A stretch of 64,000 nt of DNA from Candidatus Magasanikiibacteriota bacterium. GTDB lineage: Bacteria; Patescibacteriota; Patescibacteriia; Magasanikbacterales; GWA2-37-8. Positions 10,615 through 20,371 of this stretch are shown here, one piece after another. The stretch spans positions 66,061-130,060 of the forward strand of contig JACOYB010000005.1 of the NCBI GenBank assembly GCA_016182085.1. Direction: 5' to 3'. A program made the position numbers and the translations under genes. The notes below the pieces were generated by a model, which was given only the letters and a program-made list of their open reading frames with translations, was not told where the DNA came from and ran no database searches. Position 1 is the stretch's first letter. Every line of letters starts with the position of its first letter.

Positions 10615-10615
10615 A

Positions 10616-10948
10616 TTATTCCACTATAGCTACAGCCGCCGCGTGAGTATCGCTGTGGCTTAAACTTACCTGAGCCGTGAATTTACGTAGCTTTTCATTT
10701 AAAAACACAACTGTTGGCTTTAGACCGTCTTTTTTAATTTCAAAATCATGCATTGAAACTGGCAAGGGCATGGCTTTGATCACAGCTTCTTTGGCGGCAA
10801 ATCTTGAAGATATATAGGCAAATTTATCGGTTTTTTCTTCTAAAACTTTCATTTCCTCCGGCAAAAATACAAACTCTAAAAAACGGCTTAAACTAGCTAT
10901 TTTTTTAAACCGCTCAACCTCCACAATATCTATACCAATACCTTGCAT
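10616..10948 (-). CDS. acpS: Holo-ACP synthase (4'-phosphopantetheinyl transferase, AcpS type)
   Basis: MQGIGIDIVEVERF is the AcpS N-terminus. 110 aa. Confidence 0.85.
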   Translation of the reverse strand: MQGIGIDIVEVERFKKIASLSRFLEFVFLPEEMKVLEEKTDKFAYISSRFAAKEAVIKAMPLPVSMHDFEIKKDGLKPTVVFLNEKLRKFTAQVSLSHSDTHAAAVAIVE

Positions 10949-10985
10949 ACTATACTATAAAAATAAAGCTAAAAATAGCCGTTAT

Positions 10986-12167
10986 TTATATAAATATAGC
11001 AAAAATCTTCTGATAAAGCAACAACGAATCGCTGAGGCTGGAAGTGACAAAAAATGGCCAACCCAAGGTAACAAACCCGAATGTTACAATCACTCCGAAT
11101 CCGTATTTAAGCCATCCTGGCAAAAACTTGGGATTAAATGAGAAAACCTTGGTCTGCAAAATAGCCAGGCCCAAACCATGATATAGGCCGAAGAAAAGAA
11201 AATTCCAAGACGAACCATGCCATAAACCAATAAGTCCCATCGTAAATATCACGGCTATAGAAGTAATAAATTTGCTATTACGAAACCGAAAAACGAGCGG
11301 CATATAGATATAGTCGCGTATCCAGCTCGTGAGCGACATATGCCAGTATTTCCAAAAGCCAGCGAGATCTTTACGCAAATACGGCCAAGAAAAATTTATT
11401 GGCACCGTAATGCCAAATAGCAAGGCGCTGCCAATAGCTATATTACTTAATCCCGCAAAATCAAAATAAATACGGAATGAGTAAAAGAATAGACCGCTTA
11501 ACACCGCCAAACTGCTTGGCGCAATATTTGGCGAAGATAAAAATGTTGTTTGTTCTACCAAATTATCGGCGATAAAATATTTTTGCGCGTAACCCAGCAG
11601 GATAAAAAATATACCGGTAATAAATATATTTTTGGAAAATGACTGATCGTGAGTTGACTCAAAAAATTTATTAAACCGTTTGATTGGACCGCTGGCGAGC
11701 GTAGGAAAAAATAAAGCAAATGAAAAAAAATCCGCGAGCGTGTGTTTAGGCAATCGCCCATAGTACATTTCAACTAAATAATGGATAAATTCAAATGTAA
11801 AAAAAGAGATGCCGAGAGGTAAAAAAATCTTGCTTATTTCCCAATTACCTCCCATAAGATCCTTGGCCGTACTGACAAGTAAATTGCTATATTTAAAAAA
11901 TATTAAAACCAAAACTATCACTACTATCCCCTGCCATAAGTGTTTCTTTTTTTGTGTTTTATTTTCTACTTCTTGCATTCTTTTCCCTATCCAATAAGTA
12001 AACGCCGACAGAAGCAAAACTAAAGCTAAAAATTTCAAGCCGTTAAACCCATAAAATACGGCTGACGAAAAAAGAAGCGACGATAAACGCCATTTTTTTG
12101 GAGTTAGCCAAAATAAAGTTACGGCCCCAACCAAGAAAAACGGATAAATAAATGTGTTAAAAAGCAT
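10986..12167 (-). CDS. MBOAT family membrane-bound O-acyltransferase (DltB/AlgI-like)
   Basis: Polytopic membrane protein. WHGSSWNFLFFGLYHG contains the MBOAT catalytic His. N-terminus MLFNTF. Confidence 0.85.
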   Translation of the reverse strand: MLFNTFIYPFFLVGAVTLFWLTPKKWRLSSLLFSSAVFYGFNGLKFLALVLLLSAFTYWIGKRMQEVENKTQKKKHLWQGIVVIVLVLIFFKYSNLLVSTAKDLMGGNWEISKIFLPLGISFFTFEFIHYLVEMYYGRLPKHTLADFFSFALFFPTLASGPIKRFNKFFESTHDQSFSKNIFITGIFFILLGYAQKYFIADNLVEQTTFLSSPNIAPSSLAVLSGLFFYSFRIYFDFAGLSNIAIGSALLFGITVPINFSWPYLRKDLAGFWKYWHMSLTSWIRDYIYMPLVFRFRNSKFITSIAVIFTMGLIGLWHGSSWNFLFFGLYHGLGLAILQTKVFSFNPKFLPGWLKYGFGVIVTFGFVTLGWPFFVTSSLSDSLLLYQKIFAIFI

Positions 12168-12168
12168 A

Positions 12169-13311
12169 CTATTTCACAAGCTCCTTATAGCCGTTCGCGG
12201 TTTTTATAAAATTAACTAAAGACTCGGCAACTTGTTTGTGCCCGGTTTTATTAAAATGTATTTCATCAATAAAATTACTGCTAGCCACTGCCTGCGCAGC
12301 ATCTAAATCAATTATGTTGGCATTTTTATACAGGCCTAAAATAAATTTTTTGTTTTTACCGTACTCTGCCTGGGGTCTTTGCAGCTTGGTAACTTCAGGA
12401 CTGCGCGGGGTCAAATAAAAAATCGCTGGAATATTTGTAGCGGCAATATAACCGGCTAAAGCTTGGGAAACGCAGCTGTTAATTGACGGTTTGAGCTCTT
12501 CTACTTTTCCCTCATGAATATTAATATTATTAACCGGGAAATCTTCTTTGGGTTTAAAAATATCGCGCCAAACCACCTGCTTCTGGCCAGACTTAAACAG
12601 CTCAAGCGCGCCATTTAAAACATTAGAGAAAAAAAGAGGAAAAGGCTTGCCAAATAACGCATAATTTATTTCATCTTTATATTTTAGCAAAGGGATATGT
12701 GGAGCAATATCTATAAATATTTCATAGGGTTCTCGGAGTTCATACTGGCTCAAACAACCTTCAACCGCGCTGCTTTCTTTAAAAACATTGCGATAATTGG
12801 CAGACAACAGTCTATGTACGCGTAAATATTTTTTCCTATCTTCCTTTGCCCCAGCTACCGCATCCGCCTTTAGATAATCAGAATTTATATCAATCACAAA
12901 TAGATCAGCTTGATCTTTAAGCAGCGTTGTAATAATTAAAACGTCCAAAGGATGCGCGGATGGAAAAGAAAAGTTATATACCGACACGCCACCGGCAATA
13001 TGCCGGGCAAATTGAAAAGGTATCGTATCTTCGGCGTCGGTTATCCCCGGAGCGCCCCACATAGAGCTGGCTCCTAAAAATATTATTTTTTTATTTTTAT
13101 CCCGCTTAACTGCTTCAATTTTATTTTTTATTTCTCCGTATGATGTCGGGCTGTGCAAGCGCTTATAATTGGTCGGGCTATTTTTAAAAATAAAAAAGAT
13201 AGCTATATTAACTACTATAAAAAAAATAACAAAACTAACGAGCGAACTCCACTTTAAAAAGGCGAGTATTTTAGGGTAGTTTTTTTGATTCATGCTATGG
13301 TAACGAAACAA
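12169..13311 (-). CDS. DltD/AlgJ-like membrane-anchored SGNH-fold protein (MBOAT partner)
   Basis: N-terminal TM helix, then IIFLGASSMWG, a GxSxxxG-like SGNH block I. Immediately follows the MBOAT gene with a 1-nt gap. Confidence 0.5.
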   Translation of the reverse strand: MFRYHSMNQKNYPKILAFLKWSSLVSFVIFFIVVNIAIFFIFKNSPTNYKRLHSPTSYGEIKNKIEAVKRDKNKKIIFLGASSMWGAPGITDAEDTIPFQFARHIAGGVSVYNFSFPSAHPLDVLIITTLLKDQADLFVIDINSDYLKADAVAGAKEDRKKYLRVHRLLSANYRNVFKESSAVEGCLSQYELREPYEIFIDIAPHIPLLKYKDEINYALFGKPFPLFFSNVLNGALELFKSGQKQVVWRDIFKPKEDFPVNNINIHEGKVEELKPSINSCVSQALAGYIAATNIPAIFYLTPRSPEVTKLQRPQAEYGKNKKFILGLYKNANIIDLDAAQAVASSNFIDEIHFNKTGHKQVAESLVNFIKTANGYKELVK

Positions 13312-14476
13312 TAAACTTGGCTAATTCTTCCGAAACTACAATATGTCCTTTTTCAGAAAAATGATGAATGCCGGAGTTATACATTTCATTATGATTTAAA
13401 ACTTGCCGTTCTAACGATCCGCGCAAATTAAGCACCGCCGCACCCGGATTCAAGCCCTCGATTAATTTATTCTCCATGCCGACTGGATTAAACACATAGT
13501 CCTTTAATTTGGGATGGTTATTTTTAAACGCGTTTAACAAATCTTGATTGACTGTTTTACCCTCCGGTATAAGCATCACAATTAATTTCACTCCGTCTTT
13601 TTCTAATTCATTTCTAAAATTATTTATAAGTTCAGAACTAAACGCCGCATGCTTAGCCCTCTCGCTATCTAGCGGATCTAAATAATAATAGTCCCAGTGA
13701 GGTAAATTCAAGCCGGCCTCATCTACCGGCACTGGCGGTCGGAAAAGGCCTAATGTGACAGCTAAATTATTTAAAACCGGCAACGTGCGCACCGCTTTAT
13801 CCATAAATCGAACGATCGCAAGCTTTCGATAAATTTTATCCTTTAGCGCTAAAAAGTCTTTGCCTTTTACAGCCCCATACTGCGGCACCGCATCCCAATC
13901 TGCCGTGCTCGAAGAGAGTAATTTTTCTCTATCTTCAAAATAATAGCCATTGTCGCTAATGTCATTGCCGAGATAAAAACTTAATACCACAACATCAGGA
14001 TGATACTGGCTTGCATATTTGCTGTAATATTTCATTTCATCGGCTGTACCCATGCCTCCAATGCCAAAATTTAATACCTCGGCGGATTTATATGAAGAAC
14101 TGGGATTAGAAGCAAGCGAACTTTGCAAATTATTTTTTAATAAATAAACATAGGTTTTTTCATAATCAATCTGAATGCCCTGCGCGAAAGAATCGCCAAG
14201 TACCGCCACTCTCAAGGCACCCTCGTTTTTTTCCTTTATAAATTCTTCGCCCACAAATCCAAGACTGTTAGTTTTTACATGCACTTTTCTTTTTACTTCC
14301 CCGTCATAACGGCCCCGATCAACATTAGTTTTATGGGTTACAAATCCATCTTCATTAATCCGAGTTAACATATCAAAATCAGTTGGATCAAACATTCTCA
14401 AAAAAAACTCTATGCCTATAAGCGATAGTAAAAGCGCAATTACCAAAGTTAAAATATTTTTTTTAGCCTCTGTCAT
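13295..14476 (-). CDS. SGNH/GDSL-type hydrolase or acyltransferase, membrane anchored
   Basis: N-terminal TM helix. RVAVLGDSFAQG has a GDS block I motif. 393 aa. Confidence 0.6.
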   Translation of the reverse strand: MTEAKKNILTLVIALLLSLIGIEFFLRMFDPTDFDMLTRINEDGFVTHKTNVDRGRYDGEVKRKVHVKTNSLGFVGEEFIKEKNEGALRVAVLGDSFAQGIQIDYEKTYVYLLKNNLQSSLASNPSSSYKSAEVLNFGIGGMGTADEMKYYSKYASQYHPDVVVLSFYLGNDISDNGYYFEDREKLLSSSTADWDAVPQYGAVKGKDFLALKDKIYRKLAIVRFMDKAVRTLPVLNNLAVTLGLFRPPVPVDEAGLNLPHWDYYYLDPLDSERAKHAAFSSELINNFRNELEKDGVKLIVMLIPEGKTVNQDLLNAFKNNHPKLKDYVFNPVGMENKLIEGLNPGAAVLNLRGSLERQVLNHNEMYNSGIHHFSEKGHIVVSEELAKFIVSLP

Positions 14477-14484
14477 ACTTATTT

Positions 14485-16287
14485 TTAATCCAATTTAAAC
14501 TTGCCCAAATATTTGTTCATTTTTTCTTTATCAACGAGCTGCTGGTTATCCTGTTTGGATATAATATAATTTCCCATAACTAAATAATCCATAAATGTAT
14601 GGAGGAACGTATTAAACGCGTCTTGAGGCGACATAACAATCGGCTCACCCCTTACATTAAAGGAAGTGTTAATAATAATCGGACAGCCGGTTTTCTTATA
14701 GAAAGCCTCTATTAAATCATAATACTTTTTATTTTGTTCAGGATTCACTGTTTGCACGCGCGCCGAATTATCAACATGAGTAATTGCCGGCACATCGGTT
14801 CTTTTTACGGGCGCGACCAGGAGCATGTACGGACTAGGCACGGTCAAATCAAAACACTCGGCGCTTTTATCTTCCAAAACGGTAGGGGCAAACGGCCTAA
14901 AACTTTCTCTAAATTTGATCTTTAAATTAACTTTCTGCCAATTCTCTTTATTTCTCGCGTCGGCAATGATAGACCGATTTCCCAAAGAGCGAGGGCCATA
15001 CTCCATTCTGCCTTGAAACCAGCCAATCACATTATTGCCATTTATCAAATTTGAAACTTGATCTATAAGATCATTATATTCTAATCGCTTATAAACTAGC
15101 TTTTTATCTTCTCCAATAATAGCCTTAACATCTTCTTCTAAGAATTTCTCAAGCTCGCTTTCAGAATATTCCGGTCCCAAATAAACGGTCTCCATGGTAC
15201 TGCCTTCCGGCAAAGGATAATTTTTATTTAACCTGTCAAAATAAACATACAAAGCTGCGCCTACAGCTCCGCCGGCATCGCCCGCAGCTGGCTGAATATA
15301 AATATTATCAAACCATTTTTTTTCTAAAATTTTTCCATTGGTTACGCAATTTAAAGCCACGCCTCCGGCTAAGCAAAGATTTTTGTACGGATATAGCGTG
15401 CGAGCTTGCGCAATAATTTTTAAAACAATTTCATTGGTAATTTTTTGCAAAGCGGCGGCAATATCTTTTTCTCTTTGAGTTAGCGGCGATTCAGGCTGGC
15501 GCGCGGGGCCGCCAAACAACTTATCAAATCTTCTGTTTGTCATGCGAAGTCCGTACTCGTAAGAAAAATATTTCATGTTAAGCTTAACGCTGCCATCATC
15601 TCTGATCTCAACAAGTTCTTTAAACGTATCATAATATTTATTTGGATCTCCATACGGAGCCAGGCCCATAACTTTATACTCGGCGCTGTTTACCTTAAAA
15701 CCTAAATAATACGTAAGCGCGGAATAAAACAAGCCTAAGGAATGAGGGAACTCCAGAGTGTGAGAAAGGTTGAGTTTATTGCCTTTTCCATAACCAAACG
15801 TGGTAGTATCAAATTCCCCGACTCCATCCATAGTTACCACAATCGCTTCGCTAAAACCGGAACAAAAATAAGCGCTGGCCGCGTGCGAATAATGATGCTG
15901 GGTAAATAATATGCTGCCCTTGTAACCGTCTAAAGCTTTTCTAATCCTACTCTCTACCCATAGTTTAGTTTTTAAAAATACAAGCATCGCCTTGAGGAAT
16001 GATAAAAACCCTAAAGGCCAAGTGCTAATATACGTCTTAAGCAAACGTTCAAATTTTATGAAGGGTTTTTCATAAAAAACCACATAGCTTAACTGATCGC
16101 TTGTAATGCCGGCAAAATCTAGGCAATATTTAATTGAATGCGCGGGTAGCGAAGAATCCTGCTTATCGCGGGTAAATCTTTCCTCTTGCACAGCCGCCAC
16201 TACTTTGCCATTTTTTATCAGCGCCGCGGCGGCATCGTGATAATCAAATGATAGGCCTAAAATATAAATATCTTGTTCTGACGACAT
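14485..16287 (-). CDS. Carbamoyltransferase (NodU/CmcH family)
   Basis: N-terminal YILGLSFDYHDAAAALIKNGKVVAAVQEERFTR (ASKHA/Kae1-like) and a C-terminal YrdC-like region, typical of O-carbamoyltransferases. Start set at the Met of MSSEQDIY. Confidence 0.8.
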   Translation of the reverse strand: MSSEQDIYILGLSFDYHDAAAALIKNGKVVAAVQEERFTRDKQDSSLPAHSIKYCLDFAGITSDQLSYVVFYEKPFIKFERLLKTYISTWPLGFLSFLKAMLVFLKTKLWVESRIRKALDGYKGSILFTQHHYSHAASAYFCSGFSEAIVVTMDGVGEFDTTTFGYGKGNKLNLSHTLEFPHSLGLFYSALTYYLGFKVNSAEYKVMGLAPYGDPNKYYDTFKELVEIRDDGSVKLNMKYFSYEYGLRMTNRRFDKLFGGPARQPESPLTQREKDIAAALQKITNEIVLKIIAQARTLYPYKNLCLAGGVALNCVTNGKILEKKWFDNIYIQPAAGDAGGAVGAALYVYFDRLNKNYPLPEGSTMETVYLGPEYSESELEKFLEEDVKAIIGEDKKLVYKRLEYNDLIDQVSNLINGNNVIGWFQGRMEYGPRSLGNRSIIADARNKENWQKVNLKIKFRESFRPFAPTVLEDKSAECFDLTVPSPYMLLVAPVKRTDVPAITHVDNSARVQTVNPEQNKKYYDLIEAFYKKTGCPIIINTSFNVRGEPIVMSPQDAFNTFLHTFMDYLVMGNYIISKQDNQQLVDKEKMNKYLGKFKLD

Positions 16288-16295
16288 ATGCAATA

Positions 16296-16526
16296 TTAAA
16301 ACTGATAGGTTAAATCTTCTATACCCTCGCCTGTTTCTTCCTTTGCATGCCAATATGATTCCGGCCTAACTTCCTTTGAAAAAAGTTTAATGACTTTTTG
16401 CACAATTGCGTATAAGCCAATAATAATAAAATAAAAGGCAAATAAAATAACAAACCCGTTGATCGTGGCTAAAACATGGGCGAACTTCATCCAGTACTTA
16501 TATACTATTTTAAAAAACTTTTTCAT
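16296..16526 (-). CDS. Small membrane protein (hypothetical)
   Basis: 76 aa ORF with one strongly hydrophobic helix (GFVILFAFYFIIIGLYAIV). It sits between genes on the same strand and fits once the carbamoyltransferase start is trimmed. Confidence 0.35.
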   Translation of the reverse strand: MKKFFKIVYKYWMKFAHVLATINGFVILFAFYFIIIGLYAIVQKVIKLFSKEVRPESYWHAKEETGEGIEDLTYQF

Positions 16527-16536
16527 ATATTATGAA

Positions 16537-17307
16537 CTAATGAAATATCTTTTTTGCCAACCAGGGCCAAAAATTAATAAAGGACTTAAAAAAAGGCAGC
16601 CCTGTCTGTTGAAAAACCTCCGGCGCGGATTCGTTAATTTTTCTGCCAATTAAAAAATAAGTGTTGATTAGCTTATCCGACCGGCGGCCGCCCGAAGAAA
16701 AATCCGTATCTATGGAAGACCGAACCAAGTGAGTGGCGTGCCAAAATCTATTTGTTAAAATAACCGTATTGTCTTTATTAAAAAAAATTTCATTGCGACT
16801 GTTATAGACTGCATCTTGATTATAGTCCCCTTGCCAATGCAGGCCCTCTAGCATTTTAAAGAAACGAGGGTAAAAAAAATCTTTTTTACCTAGCATTTCT
16901 ATACTGCCGCTTTTATAATGTTTATGAAATATATCGCCAACGAGCAAATAAAATGGCGCCATAACACACTCAACTGCTGTATTTTTTTGCAGCATATCTA
17001 TAGCCTCTTGCATGCCTCGCTTGGTCCACACCTCGTCTCCATCAAGAACCATGAACCAATCTGTTTTAGTCTTTTCAACCATTTCTTGCCTCAGTTTAGT
17101 ATGTCCCGCCTTATCGCACTCGCCCTTTTCTTCAAAAAATATTTTGTGAGGGTACTTCTGAACCAAATTTTTAATTATATCTACGGTTTTATCTGTTGAG
17201 CCCGTATCAAAAATTATAACGGCGTCCACAAAATCTACTACCGATGTAATCGCATAGAGAATAAAATTCTCTTCGTTTTTTACCAGACAATGAGCCGTGA
17301 CTGACAT
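16537..17307 (-). CDS. GT2 family glycosyltransferase
   Basis: HCLVKNEENFI...IFDTGSTDKT...VLDGDE (DXD). Confidence 0.75.
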   Translation of the reverse strand: MSVTAHCLVKNEENFILYAITSVVDFVDAVIIFDTGSTDKTVDIIKNLVQKYPHKIFFEEKGECDKAGHTKLRQEMVEKTKTDWFMVLDGDEVWTKRGMQEAIDMLQKNTAVECVMAPFYLLVGDIFHKHYKSGSIEMLGKKDFFYPRFFKMLEGLHWQGDYNQDAVYNSRNEIFFNKDNTVILTNRFWHATHLVRSSIDTDFSSGGRRSDKLINTYFLIGRKINESAPEVFQQTGLPFFKSFINFWPWLAKKIFH

Positions 17308-17313
17308 AAAAAA

Positions 17314-18198
17314 TTAATCCTGAAACGGTAAAACGTTTTTTGGCAGCAATGGCAGCTTTTTTTGAATCTTTTTACGATAAATAAAGCGAGCTAACTGGTA
17401 TAGGCCAACTAAAGAAGTAACATACTTAAACGAACGGAAGACGACCTCTCGCGCGAGGCCTTGAGCATGAAAAAGATCCGTTTTCGCGCCGGGGAAATAA
17501 TGTCTGCAAAACTTCCAATTCTCCAACCGGCCCTTAAGCCAATTTGTACTGGAAAAGCCCAACGTCCCCACTCGAAAAACTATTAAGTCTAAACGCTCAA
17601 ATACGCACCCTGCGGCCGCCGAGCGGACCATAAACTCTCCGTCAGCAGAAACTCTGTAATCAGTATTAAATTTAAATTTTTTCATGAGTGCTGTCCGGGC
17701 AAATACGGCCGTATGACAAACCGGCATGCCTTTCCAAGACCTATCACTCACACTTGGCGGGGCAACACATTCAACCGCCTGGTTATTAAAATTACCTATA
17801 AAACTACCATACAGCAAATCAGCCGTAGGATGGGTTTTTGAAAAAATTGTTTCAAAAACCTGATTATTGAAAAAATAGTCTCCGCTATTTAAATAATTGA
17901 TCCATTCCCCTGTCGCCTTCTCGGCCCCTTTATTGGTCGCATAAAATATGCCTTTGTCTTTTTCGCTAACCCAAAAAGCAAGGCGGTCCTGGTATTTTTT
18001 TATAATATCAACCGTGCCATCGGTAGAACCCCCGTCAATTATGATATATTCAATATTCTTATATGTTTGGTTAAGTACGCTCAAAATTGTTTGTTCTAAA
18101 TGTTTTACATCATTTAACACAACTGTAACCACTGTTACGAGTGGCTGCGAGATATCTTCTGCGCGTCTAACTGGCGTGTCTGGATTATACGTATTCAT
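17314..18198 (-). CDS. GT2 family glycosyltransferase
   Basis: VTVVTVVLNDVKHLEQTILSVLNQTYKNIEYIIIDGGSTDGT. Confidence 0.8.
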   Translation of the reverse strand: MNTYNPDTPVRRAEDISQPLVTVVTVVLNDVKHLEQTILSVLNQTYKNIEYIIIDGGSTDGTVDIIKKYQDRLAFWVSEKDKGIFYATNKGAEKATGEWINYLNSGDYFFNNQVFETIFSKTHPTADLLYGSFIGNFNNQAVECVAPPSVSDRSWKGMPVCHTAVFARTALMKKFKFNTDYRVSADGEFMVRSAAAGCVFERLDLIVFRVGTLGFSSTNWLKGRLENWKFCRHYFPGAKTDLFHAQGLAREVVFRSFKYVTSLVGLYQLARFIYRKKIQKKLPLLPKNVLPFQD

Positions 18199-18210
18199 AT
18201 CTAAACGGAA

Positions 18211-19515
18211 TTAAATTTCTACGGCAAATTCTTTTCTAGTTAAGAAATAAATGGCCAGCGCGACGTTCCATAAAAAAGTAAAAATAGTAGCCATCGCAAA
18301 GGCATACGCTGCGCCCATTATACCATACATAGGAATAAAAACCATATTGGCCGCCAGATTAATCAGTATCTGCGCTACCCCCGAAATAGCCACCCAATGC
18401 GTCTTATTAAATACATTAATCACGAGCGAAAATGGCACGGCAAGCACGGTCAAGAGATATCCGTAAGCTAAAATTAAATAGACAGGCATTGAGGCTATAT
18501 ATTTATCGCCAAATAAAAACTGAATTAAATATTGAGAGGGGTAAATAATGATTCCTAAGCCCGCTACCACCACCAGCACCCATTTAAAACTTCTCTTTAC
18601 AAAAATTACCAAATCTTCTTTTTTGGTCAAGCTGCTTATTTTAGGCATAAGCACGGAAGTAATTGAACTGTACACTATCGGGAAAAACTGAATTAATTGC
18701 CATGCTACCGTAAATATAGCCACTTCAACCAAACCTAAAAGCCGGCTTACCATGACCTGATCAATACGGCTCACAAAAATGGACATAAAAGAACTAACTG
18801 TCAGCCAAAAACTAAACCGAGCCAATTGGGAATGTAATTTGTTCTTTATGCTTGCGTCAACCGTAACTTCCCGAAATTTTTCGGGAAAAACTTTAAAATT
18901 AGCTATAAACAATACCCAGGGCACTAAAATATATACTGACAAGTAAGCAAACAGATTTTTTACTCCGAAAAATAATAGGATTAATACTATTACTAAACGC
19001 AGAAAGCCTTTTAACGACTGCAGCGAGGCATGATAAAAAAACCTCTGTTTTGTCTGCAAATAAGTTGCTAAAAAACCGAGCAGAATTATGCCGCCAATTC
19101 CCAAGGACGCGAATGCTAAGTATGGTGTTAATTTTACTTGTCCTAACAAATATCTTGCGAGCGGATAAGCTAAAACCAAACCTGCCACGGTAAGAATGAT
19201 ACTTAAAGATACTCGCCAGCGCCAAATTGTTTTAAGCAATTGTTTTAGCTTATCCGGCTGATCAGTCGCTATATAATAGGGACCAAACCGCAACAACCCC
19301 ATATTCAAACCAAAATCAGATAATTCCGCCACGGTCATAAGCACTAACACGGAAAGAGAAAAAATCCCAAAAAGTTCTTGGTTAAAAATTTTAGCCAAGA
19401 CAATATTTAAAGCAAACAAAGACAACCCGTTTACCATTGAACCCGTATATACAAAAATTGTTTGATGCAACGCCTTTTTTTGAAGAATTAATTTTAATCG
19501 TGAGACTATTTCCAT
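18211..19515 (-). CDS. Polysaccharide/oligosaccharide flippase (Wzx-like, MOP superfamily)
   Basis: 434 aa with ~12 predicted TM helices, which is Wzx-like length and topology. Located within the glycan locus. Confidence 0.65.
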   Translation of the reverse strand: MEIVSRLKLILQKKALHQTIFVYTGSMVNGLSLFALNIVLAKIFNQELFGIFSLSVLVLMTVAELSDFGLNMGLLRFGPYYIATDQPDKLKQLLKTIWRWRVSLSIILTVAGLVLAYPLARYLLGQVKLTPYLAFASLGIGGIILLGFLATYLQTKQRFFYHASLQSLKGFLRLVIVLILLFFGVKNLFAYLSVYILVPWVLFIANFKVFPEKFREVTVDASIKNKLHSQLARFSFWLTVSSFMSIFVSRIDQVMVSRLLGLVEVAIFTVAWQLIQFFPIVYSSITSVLMPKISSLTKKEDLVIFVKRSFKWVLVVVAGLGIIIYPSQYLIQFLFGDKYIASMPVYLILAYGYLLTVLAVPFSLVINVFNKTHWVAISGVAQILINLAANMVFIPMYGIMGAAYAFAMATIFTFLWNVALAIYFLTRKEFAVEI

Positions 19516-19541
19516 AATAGCTTATAAATAACAGGCGCGTA

Positions 19542-20357
19542 TTATTCTTTCATCACCGTATTTGCGGCGCTTATTCCGGTTACGCCCATTTTTTCAATTG
19601 CAGTTATATATTTTTTAGGTATAAATCGCGCTAAGGTATTTTCTATGGCATAACCGATTAAAGAAAAAGGCAATCCTCTCATTAAAGCAAACTTCCACTC
19701 TTTCAACATTTCTTTTCTAAAACCATACAGCCGAGTAGAAATATAATCGGATTGTAAAAAATATAATATAAATTGGCCTGATTTCCATTTATCAAGATCA
19801 AAATCTTCATCTAGCCAGTAGCGGCCGCTTAACTTAAAATAAAAATCAGCCTCTTGGGTTAATAATTTTCTGGCTGACAAGAGCATAACGGCCTCTCCCA
19901 AACTTTTAAATCTACTGTCACAAGCCCGCCTTACAAGCGGCTTATCGCCCACATAAATATATTGATCAACTTTACTCGCCAAATCAAGAGGTAAATCACC
20001 TTGCAAACCCGCTTCAATTAAAACAATTTTAGCGCCCGGGGCTCGTAAATGAACCGATTCAATTGTAGCTAGAGTTTGTTTGGCTCTATCCTCGGGACCA
20101 AACACTGAACGGACGCTGCCGTAGGTGATTTTTTTATCCATGACCGGATAAATAACCGAGGTTATCAAAAAACAAAACGAATTAGGCTGATTTGGATTAA
20201 GTTTTGTTTCTGGTTTCAAAAAAGAAACTACCCAAATTATAATTTGAAAAGGTAAAATAAATATAATTCTATACAGCTGTCGGATTATAAAAAAAATAGG
20301 ATTTTCTAAAAAATTTTTAATACCTTTTTTAAACAGTAAAAAAAATTTATTAAACAT
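19542..20357 (-). CDS. Hypothetical membrane-anchored protein
   Basis: 271 aa with an N-terminal hydrophobic helix. No recognisable motif. Confidence 0.4.
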   Translation of the reverse strand: MFNKFFLLFKKGIKNFLENPIFFIIRQLYRIIFILPFQIIIWVVSFLKPETKLNPNQPNSFCFLITSVIYPVMDKKITYGSVRSVFGPEDRAKQTLATIESVHLRAPGAKIVLIEAGLQGDLPLDLASKVDQYIYVGDKPLVRRACDSRFKSLGEAVMLLSARKLLTQEADFYFKLSGRYWLDEDFDLDKWKSGQFILYFLQSDYISTRLYGFRKEMLKEWKFALMRGLPFSLIGYAIENTLARFIPKKYITAIEKMGVTGISAANTVMKE

Positions 20358-20371
20358 ATATTTGCCTCGTT

